Positions 1 through 8,276 of a stretch of 36,847 nucleotides of DNA are shown in pieces. Position 1 is the first letter of the stretch. Each line of letters opens with the position of its first letter. The notes under the pieces were generated by a model. That model was not told the DNA's origin and ran no database searches. It saw only the letters and a program-made list of their open reading frames with translations. The DNA lies in the NCBI GenBank assembly GCA_001775255.1, contig MFCJ01000037.1, positions 1 to 36,847 on the forward strand, written 5' to 3'. The DNA is from Candidatus Dadabacteria bacterium RIFCSPHIGHO2_12_FULL_53_21. Its GTDB lineage: Bacteria; Desulfobacterota_D; UBA1144; Nemesobacterales; UBA2774. The position numbers and the translations under genes are program-made.

Positions 1-272
1 CAGTCTACTATCCTTATCTCTCCCTCTATCGCCTCATATATGTCCCGCAAGCTGATATCGCTCGGGGCTTTCCGCAGGGTGTAGCCGCCGTCGGGCCCTA
101 CCATAGACTTGACGATCCCTTTCTTGACCAGCCTTCTCATAATCTTGGCGAGATAATTGAGGGGTATGTGCTGGTGCTCGGAAATCTCCTTCATGTTATG
201 CTTGACTATGGGCTCGTGCCCTATATACGTCAGAGACCTTACTGCATAGTCGAGAGTTTTAGTTACCTGCAT
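1..272 (-). CDS. Rrf2-family (IscR/NsrR/CymR-like) winged-helix transcriptional regulator, 5' part only (C-terminus lies beyond the window edge)
   Basis: Not in the ORF track because it runs off the edge. Minus-strand ATG at 272..270 opens MQVTKTLDYAVRSLTYIGHEPIVKHNMKEISEHQHIPLNYLAKIMRRLVKKGIVKSMVGPDGGYTLRKAPSDISLRDIYEAIEGE..., with no stop to position 1. The pattern YAxRxLxYL ... IxxxYLxKIxxxLxKxGxVxSxxGxxGGYxL is the classical Rrf2 N-terminal HTH. Confidence 0.8.
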   Translation of the reverse strand, partial: MQVTKTLDYAVRSLTYIGHEPIVKHNMKEISEHQHIPLNYLAKIMRRLVKKGIVKSMVGPDGGYTLRKAPSDISLRDIYEAIEGEIRIVD

Positions 273-323
273 GATTATATCTCTTTATGGATATCGTGTA
301 TCCAAAATATACATATTATTATA

Positions 324-338
324 TGGTAAAAATTACCA
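324..338. promoter_or_regulatory. Perfect palindrome TGGTAA-aaa-TTACCA in the Rrf2/sodA divergent intergenic region (candidate operator)
   Basis: Read directly: tggtaaaaattacca at 324-338, about 52 nt upstream of the Rrf2 start codon and inside an AT-rich stretch. That it is an Rrf2 operator is inference only. Confidence 0.3.
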
Positions 339-443
339 GTTGTAATGGATACTGTCAATCTCGGAGTACCCGTCCCTAGCATTTAATATAACGTGGATTC
401 GTCGGAATATGAAGATTGCGGCAGAAACCCTGCCGAAAATGCT

Positions 444-472
444 TTGACACGGCGTGTATATAAGGTTAAAAT
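444..472 (+). promoter_or_regulatory. Candidate sigma-70-type promoter for sodA
   Basis: TTGACA (444-449), 17-nt spacer, TAAAAT (467-472). This is a perfect -35 and a 5/6 -10, about 135 nt upstream of the sodA ATG. Confidence 0.35.
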
Positions 473-607
473 AAGTTGGTTAACCGGGCTAATGAAGGCC
501 GGTTGGTATTTATTCGGATTTCGGTGTTTATAAATCAATTTTTCAATGTGAAATACCTGAAACATCGGTTCTCCATTTGAAAAAAATTTAATCTGGGGGG
601 AGAAACC

Positions 608-1219
608 ATGCCATACCAATTACCAAAGCTTCCTTATAGTTACGATGCACTGGAGCCTCACATTGATGCCCGTACCATGGAGATTCATCATACAAAGCAC
701 CATCAGACATATATCAATAACGTAAACGCCGCCCTCGAAAAGTACCCGGCGCTTGCGGAGAAGAGCGTTGAGGACCTGATCAGTGATTTGAACGCAGTGC
801 CGGAAGATATAAGGACGGTCGTCAGGAATAACGGCGGCGGTCACGCCAACCACAGCTTATTCTGGACGATAATGGCTCCCAAGGCCGGGGGCGAGCCCTC
901 GGGCGAGCTGGGGGAGGCAATAAAATCCGCATTCGGGGGATTCGACGGTTTCAAGGACCAGTTTTCAAAGGCCGCCGCGGGGCGGTTCGGAAGCGGCTGG
1001 GCTTGGCTCTCGGTCGGCGGCAGCGGAAAACTAGCCGTTACATCCACTCCGAACCAGGACAGCCCGTTGTCGGAAGGATTAACCCCGATACTCGGCCTGG
1101 ACGTCTGGGAACATGCCTACTACCTAAATTATCAGAACAGGAGGCCCGACTATATCGCGGCCTGGTGGAACGTCGTTAACTGGAAGCAGGTGGCTTCGAA
1201 TTACACCTCATCAAAGTAG
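608..1219 (+). CDS. sodA: Fe/Mn-family superoxide dismutase, Mn-type signature
   Basis: 203-aa ORF starting [20 protein letters not shown]. Metal-ligand motifs HHTKHH and DVWEHAYY are present. [11 protein letters not shown] is the Mn-type signature rather than the Fe-type. GGGGAG lies just upstream of the ATG. Confidence 0.95.
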   Translation: MPYQLPKLPYSYDALEPHIDARTMEIHHTKHHQTYINNVNAALEKYPALAEKSVEDLISDLNAVPEDIRTVVRNNGGGHANHSLFWTIMAPKAGGEPSGELGEAIKSAFGGFDGFKDQFSKAAAGRFGSGWAWLSVGGSGKLAVTSTPNQDSPLSEGLTPILGLDVWEHAYYLNYQNRRPDYIAAWWNVVNWKQVASNYTSSK

Positions 1220-1491
1220 GTTGCAATACTTTTTAGAATTTGATAGAATTGGCGGTAACCGGAAGGCAGGACAGTTTTAGATTGCGATTATAAGTTGTTG
1301 CATTGGAAGAAATTTCTTAATCTACGGTAAGGGATTGTATAACAGCAAAGCTTTCTATGCGTTGGAGTTAGTATCAGGAGGAATGGTAATCCCCCACCCC
1401 TTTCGTTTCCAAAGCTTATTTGTGAGATCTAATACCCGGAAACATCTTCGGTTTTGTTTCAGCAGTTGAAAATAGTTAAAAGGAAGAATAT

Positions 1492-2673
1492 ATGGAAACT
1501 AAATACAACGATTTCGATGAAACTGCATCCGTAAGCGAGTATGTAGAGTTCGAGAGGGAAGACGACGAGGTCTCGTCTATAAACTTTAAAGACAGTTATT
1601 CGAGGGACGAGGGGAATGACAATGAATACGATTCGGGGAAAATAAGCTCGAAATCGAAATCCGACGATACCCCGGACGAACAGCTCCGGCTGCTTTACGT
1701 CTATTTCAAGGATATGTCGGTCGAGCCTCTTTTCACCGCTCAGGAAGAGGTCGAGATTTCAGCAAAAATAAAAAAATGCGAATCGAGGTCGCGCGAGCTG
1801 GTGAGCCTCGTGGGGAAATTGGCTGACGGAAAGATAAAAATAAAAGTCACCAACGGACACGGGAACGGGCACGGCAGGTTAAAGAGCGGGTACCTCGAAA
1901 AGCGCATAAAGAGTCTTAATGCATTTATAAGGGTTTATTCGGAAAACGCAAAAAGATTTAAACAGAGATTCGTAAAGGCCAACCTGAGGCTCGTCATCAC
2001 CATATCGAGAAAGTACATGGGCAGGGGGCTCCCGCTCTCGGACCTGATTCAGGAAGGTAATATGGGGCTCATGCGGGCGGTCGAGAGATTCGACCACAGA
2101 AAGGGTTTCAAGTTCTCGACATACGCGTCGTGGTGGATACACCAGGCAATACTGAGGGCGCTTCAGGGACAGACAAGGACTATCAAGGTCCCCGTATACC
2201 TCCTCGAACAGGCAAACAGGGTTTACAAGGTAAATGCGCTTCTGGCCAAGAAGCTAAACAGAAAGCCCACCCCCAAGGAAATTGCGCGGAAGTCCGGCAT
2301 ATCCGTTGAGGTGGTAAAGCGGATACTGAGGTCCACCAAGGACGCCATAAGTCTCGATACGCCTATACTCGACGGGGAGAAAACGACGCTCCTCGACTCA
2401 ATCGCCGATAACGATACGGTAATCCCTGATTCCCTCGTAGCTAAATCCGACCTCACGGATAAGCTGAGGGAGGCCCTCATGCTCCTCAATCCGAGGGAGG
2501 AAGAGATTTTGAGGCTCAGGTTCGGGATCGACCAGCACAGCACGTATACGCTCGATGAGATCGGAAGGAAGTTCAACCTTACGCGAGAGAGAATAAGGCA
2601 GATTGAAAAGGCGGCGTTGGGGAAACTCGCCAATTCGGATATCAAAGACCATCTGGAAAGTTTTCTCAGATAA
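1492..2673 (+). CDS. RNA polymerase sigma factor, sigma-70 family (RpoD/RpoS-like regions 1.2-4.2) with an acidic N-terminal extension
   Basis: 393-aa ORF. Region 2: NLRLVITISRKYMGRGLPLSDLIQEGNMGLMRAVERFDHRKGFKFSTYASWWI. Region 3: TIKVPVYLLEQANRV. Region 4.2 HTH: YTLDEIGRKFNLTRERIRQIEKAALGKL. RBS AAGGAAG lies before the ATG. Confidence 0.9.
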   Translation: METKYNDFDETASVSEYVEFEREDDEVSSINFKDSYSRDEGNDNEYDSGKISSKSKSDDTPDEQLRLLYVYFKDMSVEPLFTAQEEVEISAKIKKCESRSRELVSLVGKLADGKIKIKVTNGHGNGHGRLKSGYLEKRIKSLNAFIRVYSENAKRFKQRFVKANLRLVITISRKYMGRGLPLSDLIQEGNMGLMRAVERFDHRKGFKFSTYASWWIHQAILRALQGQTRTIKVPVYLLEQANRVYKVNALLAKKLNRKPTPKEIARKSGISVEVVKRILRSTKDAISLDTPILDGEKTTLLDSIADNDTVIPDSLVAKSDLTDKLREALMLLNPREEEILRLRFGIDQHSTYTLDEIGRKFNLTRERIRQIEKAALGKLANSDIKDHLESFLR

Positions 2674-2824
2674 TTCGGGAGAGCTTTTTCATCCCTCAAT
2701 TCCAATACCGTATTAATCTGAATGCCCGACGGATGCGCACCGTCCGGGAACCAATTCCATATTTCTTTTTCCTGCAGATTGGATTCGAATAAATCCGGCA
2801 GACCCGGATTCGGATCAGTGCCGG

Positions 2825-3148
2825 TTAATCGGCAAGCAGTCCGCCGATTACAGCGCCTATCAGGAGCGGACCGACGTTCGACACTACCAGCACGAACGCG
2901 CCCGCACCGGCTACGAAGCCTATCAGTGGGGCGCCCGTGAGCGCAGATCCGAATAAGAAGAGCAAGCCGCCCAGGAGAATCGCGGGCAGGAGCGCTGCTA
3001 TAATAGCGTTCCCGACGCCGCCCGACTTTTTGCCGCCCACAATGCCTGCTATCAGGGGGCCTATCGAAGGTATCCAGAATAGGAGTATGGAGATAATGAG
3101 CATCCAGAAGAGGCCTGCTATGATGCTTCCCTTTTTTTGTTCAGCCAT
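2825..3148 (-). CDS. Small Gly/Ala/Leu-rich integral membrane protein, unknown function
   Basis: 107-aa ORF that is almost entirely hydrophobic (about 3-4 predicted TM segments). It has a clean frame, and the overlapping plus-strand ORFs are Arg/Pro-rich shadow frames. Confidence 0.6.
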   Translation of the reverse strand: MAEQKKGSIIAGLFWMLIISILLFWIPSIGPLIAGIVGGKKSGGVGNAIIAALLPAILLGGLLFLFGSALTGAPLIGFVAGAGAFVLVVSNVGPLLIGAVIGGLLAD

Positions 3149-3203
3149 ATCGTTTGCCCGCGGGCAGGGTTTTCAGAGTCATGATATAAAATATACTATT
3201 AAA

Positions 3204-3242
3204 GAAAAAAGCCCAACCTCTTTTAGGGGGTCGGGCTTTTTT
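3204..3242 (-). terminator. Rho-independent terminator downstream of nrdJ (potentially bidirectional)
   Basis: aaaaaaa-GCCCAACC-tcttttaggg-GGTCGGGC-tttttt. An 8-bp GC-rich stem (one G-U pair on the minus-strand RNA) is flanked by an A-run and a T-run, 36 nt after the nrdJ stop. Confidence 0.6.
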
Positions 3243-3277
3243 CTAAACATCATCCTCTTATAGGGTTTTTGAATCGA

Positions 3278-5776
3278 TTAGTCGCATTTGGAAAAGCCGC
3301 AGCTTCTGCAGGTCATACATCCCTGCTCGAACGCGAGCGCCCTGTCTCCGCAGTCGGGGCAGCGCTCGAGGTTCAAATCCACCGTCCGCCTTGCCGATTC
3401 CGTCGAATTCTCCACTGCCTGGACGAAGTGTTTCTTTAATACAGTCGCTATCGCATCGGGTATCGACATCACCAGCTTCCCTTCCGAGAAAACCGGGGAC
3501 GATCCGCCGATCCCTTCGAGCTGCTCCACTACGTCCTTAACGCTCACACCCGACCTGAGCGCAAGTGAAACGAGCCTCCCCGTAGCTTCTGCGTCGGCCA
3601 TTGTCGAATAGCCGGACTTGCCTATCTGAACGAAGACCTCGAACGGCCTTCCGTCATAGGTGTTGATCGTAACGTAAAGGTTTCCGTATCCCGTCTTTAT
3701 GACCTCCGTAAACCCCTGCAGGAACTGAGGCCTTTTTATCGGCTTGATCTCCGGCATTTGGGATGGACGAAGGGATGAGATGGGGTTGGGGTGATGGGTT
3801 TTTTTCATCCCCTCGTCCTGGGTCTGGGTCGGAAGCTTTATTTCATTTCTATCTTTAGTTTCCTGCTGGGCTTTCGCCTGGTCTTCTGTGACCAGGATGC
3901 CCTCTCTTGATCCCTCCCTGTAAACCGTAATGCCTTTACAGCCGAGCTTCCACGCGAGGAAGTAGATCTTTTCCACTTCGTCGAGCGTAATATCGGCCGG
4001 GAGGTTCACCGTGCTGGAAATGCATGAATCAATATGCTTCTGTATGGCGGCCTGCATGCGCACTCTCATTTCAGGCGAGATCTCGTGTGATGTTACGAAT
4101 GTCTTCGGGATATCTTTTTCGCTTTCGAGTTTGTACTTTTCCATGTATTCCGCTACGAGCGGGTGATAGACCTTGAATTCCCCTTTCGAGAGGGATTTGG
4201 AGCGCCTGAAGTATGATAATGCAAACATCGGTTCTACGCCGCTCGTGGTTCCGGCAAGCACCGAGCCGCTGCCCACCGGGGGGACTGTCAGTATGCAGGC
4301 GTTCCTGAGCCCCTGGTTTTTAATTTTTTCCAGCACACGCCCGTCGATTGTATTGAGAAACTGACCTGACAGGTGGGTGTCCCTGTCGTAAGCCGGGAAA
4401 TTGCCCTTTTCTGTTGCGAGATCGGAACTCGCCTCGTATACGGTGTTCTTAATGTGCTCGAACATCTTGTCGGCGAATTCGACCGCCTCGGGCGTGTCGT
4501 ACCTGATGTTCAGTTTCGAGAGCATATCGCCGAAACCCGTAAAGCCCACACCGATACGTCTTGAGTGCATCGACGACTTCGTCTGATATACGAGCGGGTG
4601 CTTATTCATGTTGTAATCGAGTACGTTGTCGAGGAACCTGACCGAGTACTTGAAAGCCCTCTCGAGGTTCTCCCAGTCGATGGAAGCCTCCTCCGTAAAT
4701 GCGTCTTTGACGAACGGGGACAGGTTGACGTTCCCGAGGCAGCAGTTGCCGTAATCCTCCAGGGCTTGCTCACTGCAGGGGTTGACGCCGTTTACTTCCA
4801 TTCCGGCGTATTCGGTCGGGGAATATTTCTTTACGGCATCCCAGAATATGACGCCCGGCTCGGCTGATGCCCATGCCGATTTTACGAGCTTTTCCCATAT
4901 GTTTCTCGCGCGGACGGTTTTCGTATATTTGACCTTTTCGTTCTCGAACTTGAGCTCGAAATCCCTGTCTTCCTCGACAGCGCGCATGAACTCGTCCGAG
5001 ATCTTCACGGAGATGTTCGCGAAATTGACACGGGACCTCTCCGTGTCGTTCTTTACGTCGATAAATTCCGTTATGTCCGGGTGGTTAACGTTAATAGTTA
5101 TCATAAGTGCGCCGCGTCTTCCGGCCTGACCTATGGTGCCTGTCGTTGTCGAGAGCAGGTCCATGAACGATACTGCGCCCGTGGAATAGATCGCCGAATT
5201 GTTAACCGGGGCGCCTTTGGGCCTGAGAATGGATATGTCGGTCCCCACGCCGCCGCCGAACGAGTAAGTCCTCGCCGCCTCTTTGCACCATTCGAAAATA
5301 CCCTCGATTGAATCCTCTTTGATCGGCATATAGTAGCAGTTGAGCAGTGTGGACCGTCTGTTCTGCCCGGCGCCGAAAAGTATTCTGCCGCCGGGGATAA
5401 ATTTAAAATTCGAAAGAAGCCAGTAGAAGTTGTCCTCCCACTCCTTTTTCAGCTCTTTCGTCTTCTCAGGGGAGGCTATTTCCCTCGCGACCCTTCTCCA
5501 CATGTCCTCCGGTGTCAGCTCCACTATCCTGCCGGTTTTGTCCCTGAGGGCGTATTTCTCGTAGAAGACCCTTGCGCGCAGGTCGTCACCGCCGAACGCT
5601 TTCAGGGTTTTTTCCGGGATGTCCATGACCCCTTCCGTCTTCTGGACGAATTCTTCCTCTTCCGGGGTGTTTTCAGCCGCCGATGTCTCGATTTCCGGTT
5701 CCAGGTTTTTCTCTATCAATTTAGTCCCGTGGCCGTTTCCGTTGGTCTGTGTGGGGCTGAGCTTATCAGAAGACAT
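3278..5776 (-). CDS. nrdJ: Adenosylcobalamin-dependent (class II) ribonucleoside-di/triphosphate reductase
   Basis: 832-aa ORF. The RNR active-site finger NPCSEQAL is followed by CCLGNVNL, and TVPPVGSGS is present. The C-terminal Cys-rich tail is CPDCG...CMTCRSCG, typical of class II enzymes. Strong RBS AAGGAGG lies 8 nt before the ATG. Confidence 0.93.
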   Translation of the reverse strand: MSSDKLSPTQTNGNGHGTKLIEKNLEPEIETSAAENTPEEEEFVQKTEGVMDIPEKTLKAFGGDDLRARVFYEKYALRDKTGRIVELTPEDMWRRVAREIASPEKTKELKKEWEDNFYWLLSNFKFIPGGRILFGAGQNRRSTLLNCYYMPIKEDSIEGIFEWCKEAARTYSFGGGVGTDISILRPKGAPVNNSAIYSTGAVSFMDLLSTTTGTIGQAGRRGALMITINVNHPDITEFIDVKNDTERSRVNFANISVKISDEFMRAVEEDRDFELKFENEKVKYTKTVRARNIWEKLVKSAWASAEPGVIFWDAVKKYSPTEYAGMEVNGVNPCSEQALEDYGNCCLGNVNLSPFVKDAFTEEASIDWENLERAFKYSVRFLDNVLDYNMNKHPLVYQTKSSMHSRRIGVGFTGFGDMLSKLNIRYDTPEAVEFADKMFEHIKNTVYEASSDLATEKGNFPAYDRDTHLSGQFLNTIDGRVLEKIKNQGLRNACILTVPPVGSGSVLAGTTSGVEPMFALSYFRRSKSLSKGEFKVYHPLVAEYMEKYKLESEKDIPKTFVTSHEISPEMRVRMQAAIQKHIDSCISSTVNLPADITLDEVEKIYFLAWKLGCKGITVYREGSREGILVTEDQAKAQQETKDRNEIKLPTQTQDEGMKKTHHPNPISSLRPSQMPEIKPIKRPQFLQGFTEVIKTGYGNLYVTINTYDGRPFEVFVQIGKSGYSTMADAEATGRLVSLALRSGVSVKDVVEQLEGIGGSSPVFSEGKLVMSIPDAIATVLKKHFVQAVENSTESARRTVDLNLERCPDCGDRALAFEQGCMTCRSCGFSKCD

Positions 5777-5802
5777 CTGGACAACCTCCTTTCGGTAAAA
5801 CT

Positions 5803-5856
5803 ACATGATATATTGTGCTATGGAACGATTGAACCACAATATGTTGTGGTTGTCAA
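5803..5856 (-). promoter_or_regulatory. nrdJ promoter (-35 TTGACA, -10 TTCAAT) overlapped by two NrdR boxes
   Basis: Minus strand reads TTGACA (5856-5851), a 17-nt spacer, then TTCAAT (5833-5828). Box A, ccacaacatattgtgg (5834-5849), fills the spacer. Box B, gcacaatatatcatgt (5803-5818), lies just downstream of the -10. Both match the NrdR-box core CACAATATATTGTG as I recall it, and their centres are 31 bp apart (three helical turns). Confidence 0.7.
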
Positions 5857-6190
5857 TAGGGTATTTGTCGGCCTTTTTTCCCTAAGTATAAATTCGTGTG
5901 ACTTCGGAAGGTTAGGCAGAAAAGATTTTTTTACAGTCGTAAAAATATTTATGCGGGCAATAGAGTTGTGACTCGTTATTAAAGGGTAATTTTAATATAA
6001 CTAATCAAATTTATGAGATTTTTAGGATTATATCGGCGGACAAAATGCAAGTTAGTAAAAATCAGGCTCGCACATAATAACATCTTAGCAATTCTTTTAC
6101 AAGAGGGAGCAAAAAATATTATTAAGATTCCGTGAAAACATGTATCGTCAAAGGGCCGTTTCGGGAAATCCGATATACTAAAAGAAGCTT

Positions 6191-6814
6191 ATGGCATCAG
6201 GTAACGACGAAGAAAAGCAGGCGCGGATACTCGACTTTTGGTTCGGAGACCTGGGGGAGGGGGATGTTCCTCCTGAAGATCTGAGCCGGATGTGGTGGGC
6301 AAAGGACCAAAAGACGGACGAATACATCAGGAATAATTTCGAGTCCGGCCTCATAAACGCGAAAGAAAGCAAGCTCCGGGAATGGGAAAAGACGCCTCGC
6401 GGCACGCTGGCCCTGATTATATTACTCGACCAGTTCTCGAGAAACATTTACAGGGATACGCCCGGGGCCTTCTCACAGGACGCTCAGGCGTTGAAGATAG
6501 CCGCGAATGGGATTGAAAAGGGCTTCGATAAGGGGCTCCACCCGGTCATGAGGGTTTTCTTCTATATGCCATTAATGCACTCTGAAAACCTCGAAGTGCA
6601 GGAGAGATCGATAGCCCTTTTTAGGTCCCTGGAAAGGGATTTCCCTTCTCCGCCTGAATTGGCGAAAATGCTCTCAAATAACAGGGATTACGCCGAGAGG
6701 CACTATGCGATTATAGAACGATTCGGGAGATACCCGCATAGAAACAGGATACTGGGTAGAGAATCGTCGACGGAGGAGATTGAATTTTTAAAACAGCCCG
6801 GTTCTTCTTTCTGA
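6191..6814 (+). CDS. DUF924-family protein
   Basis: 207-aa ORF. ILDFWFG..., TPRGTLALIILLDQFSRNIYR and ERHYAIIERFGRYPHRNRILGRESTxEE match the conserved blocks I recall for DUF924. Confidence 0.8.
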   Translation: MASGNDEEKQARILDFWFGDLGEGDVPPEDLSRMWWAKDQKTDEYIRNNFESGLINAKESKLREWEKTPRGTLALIILLDQFSRNIYRDTPGAFSQDAQALKIAANGIEKGFDKGLHPVMRVFFYMPLMHSENLEVQERSIALFRSLERDFPSPPELAKMLSNNRDYAERHYAIIERFGRYPHRNRILGRESSTEEIEFLKQPGSSF

Positions 6815-6848
6815 TGAATAAGCCCGTTTATTCCGCGGCGTATGTTTA

Positions 6849-7208
6849 TCACTCCGTATAATGAGCGACGACCCTCTCTATCTTTCCGTCACTTCCCGGA
6901 AACATGACCTCAGCGGCAAGCATCCCTTTGACACTACGGTAGTAAATTGTCAGGCTGTTGACCCCCGTCAGCACCTGCAAGGGCTCGAATTTGAGATCGG
7001 GATATACCTTGAGTCCCTTCCCGAAATATTCCCTGAGCTTCTCCTTTCCTCTTATCGTACCGGAAGATTCCCCCATGAGGCTTACCACGAACGGAGAAGT
7101 GAATTCAACGTCATCCGAATAGTGGGAGAGAATGGAATCGAGGTCATGCCTGTTCCACGACGCCATCCAATCCTTCGCTATCTGTGCGGCTCTTTCGGTG
7201 GAAAGCAT
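6849..7208 (-). CDS. SnoaL-like / NTF2-fold small protein (ketosteroid-isomerase-like)
   Basis: 119-aa ORF. The N-terminal IAKDWMASWNRHDLDSILSHYSDDVEF is the typical SnoaL/NTF2-like opening helix motif, and the size is typical. Confidence 0.7.
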   Translation of the reverse strand: MLSTERAAQIAKDWMASWNRHDLDSILSHYSDDVEFTSPFVVSLMGESSGTIRGKEKLREYFGKGLKVYPDLKFEPLQVLTGVNSLTIYYRSVKGMLAAEVMFPGSDGKIERVVAHYTE

Positions 7209-7322
7209 ATCGTTCCGTCCTGAAGCCGGTATTAACCGGTCGCGGGCATTTCGTGTCCGTGCCTGCGGTGTCGGCGTAGATAAGGATTCGAATACGCCCC
7301 GGCCCCCGTTCGGCTATGGCCC

Positions 7323-7721
7323 CTAGAGCTTGGCCTCTATCTTGCTCAGAATATAGCGCGAAAGGCTTTCATCGCCGAATGTCCCGATCCTGATGGATAT
7401 GTCGGTGAGGTTGTCGGTGACCCTTTTGAGCTGTATCTTCACGGTTTTATTGTCGGCCGTTTTCGATTCAAGCTCGGCCGATACGTTGTCCTTAAGCTTA
7501 TTGACGACCAGGAACTGAAGTTCATCGATAGCGGCTACAGTGGCTTCCCAGGTTTTGTTGAGAGTCGCTTCTTCGGTGGCTTTTAGTTCGCCTTTTATGT
7601 ACGCTACCGTGCCGGCGCCCGCCGCCGCCGCCCCGCCGACGGCCGCTGCCGCGAGGCAGCCCGTCAGAATAAACGGACATGCCGCGAGTAATACTAAGAT
7701 TAAGAGCTTCTGCTTTTTCAT
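7323..7721 (-). CDS. DUF3568-like lipoprotein
   Basis: The ORF-track frame is 7323-7781. I place the start at the internal ATG at 7721 (MKKQKLLILVLLAACPFILTGC) because GGAGGA lies 9 nt upstream. The lipobox LTGC is followed by an Ala/Gly-rich linker. Confidence 0.7.
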   Translation of the reverse strand: MKKQKLLILVLLAACPFILTGCLAAAAVGGAAAAGAGTVAYIKGELKATEEATLNKTWEATVAAIDELQFLVVNKLKDNVSAELESKTADNKTVKIQLKRVTDNLTDISIRIGTFGDESLSRYILSKIEAKL

Positions 7722-7950
7722 AACGGTGCTTCCTCCGGTGTTCAAGGTCTTATACTGACTCATTATGCATAAGTCATTCAATTATATACGGTGGGAGTCA
7801 ATTTTCGCAACCGAAATGTTCATTTCGCAAATATAGCCCGGGTTCTACCCTCTCCTAGTTATTACCGTCAACAACGGCGGGAGTGATCACAGGGGACCGC
7901 TCTCCGATAAAGCCCGTTGGCTTCCACAATTAACTGACTTGGGAGCGTTA

Positions 7951-7979
7951 TTGAATTATTACTCCCGCATTATTAGAAT
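7951..7979 (+). promoter_or_regulatory. Candidate promoter for the SLOG/SLATT-TIR cassette
   Basis: TTGAAT (7951-7956), 17-nt spacer, TAGAAT (7974-7979). It would give a leader of about 290 nt before the ATG at 8277. Confidence 0.3.
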
Positions 7980-8276
7980 TGTAATATCACGGGGTTAAGC
8001 AGGGTCTTGGGATCCGATGTGTAATCACAAGAAAAAAGCCTGTTCAGACAGACTGGGATATTTCGAAACCTTAAATGCGTTCAATCGTATATTGATAGGA
8101 GAGGCCGGTACGAATATCATCGTTAGACCGATGGCGAAGGCTTTCGTGTTTAGTAGTGAGCCCGAAGATAACAGCAGTGCCCTCATGATGGATACGATCT
8201 ACGGCTTAGAAAGTACACCCCCGGAACGCAGTCGTGTATCCGGGGTAGAAACCCGAATCCTCACCGACACTCGAAT

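Noticed and set aside
383-619. 78-aa minus-strand ORF in the Rrf2/sodA intergenic region.
   Set aside because: It overlaps the sodA start and promoter and has no SD. Its composition is AT-rich, non-coding-like and unlike neighbouring genes. It is most likely a chance ORF.
2223-2705. Long antisense ORFs opposite well-supported genes. Examples are 2223-2705 versus the sigma factor, 8297-8863, 11999-12490, 14591-15265, 25590-26270, 29595-30383 and 35467-36189.
   Set aside because: These are shadow frames of strongly motif-supported genes on the other strand. The translated products are Ser/Arg/Pro-rich with no recognisable motifs.
3278-5776. Possible intein or large insertion in NrdJ, given its 832-aa length and the Q/E/K-rich stretch near the C-terminal third.
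   Set aside because: There are no intein splice-junction blocks (a Cys/Ser after a conserved break, or a terminal HN-C/S/T). The stretch looks like the flexible linker common in class II RNRs.
5777-6000. Possible cobalamin riboswitch upstream of the B12-dependent nrdJ.
   Set aside because: The promoter I can see leaves a leader of only about 50 nt, far too short for the riboswitch. I found no B12-box-like element on the minus strand of this region.
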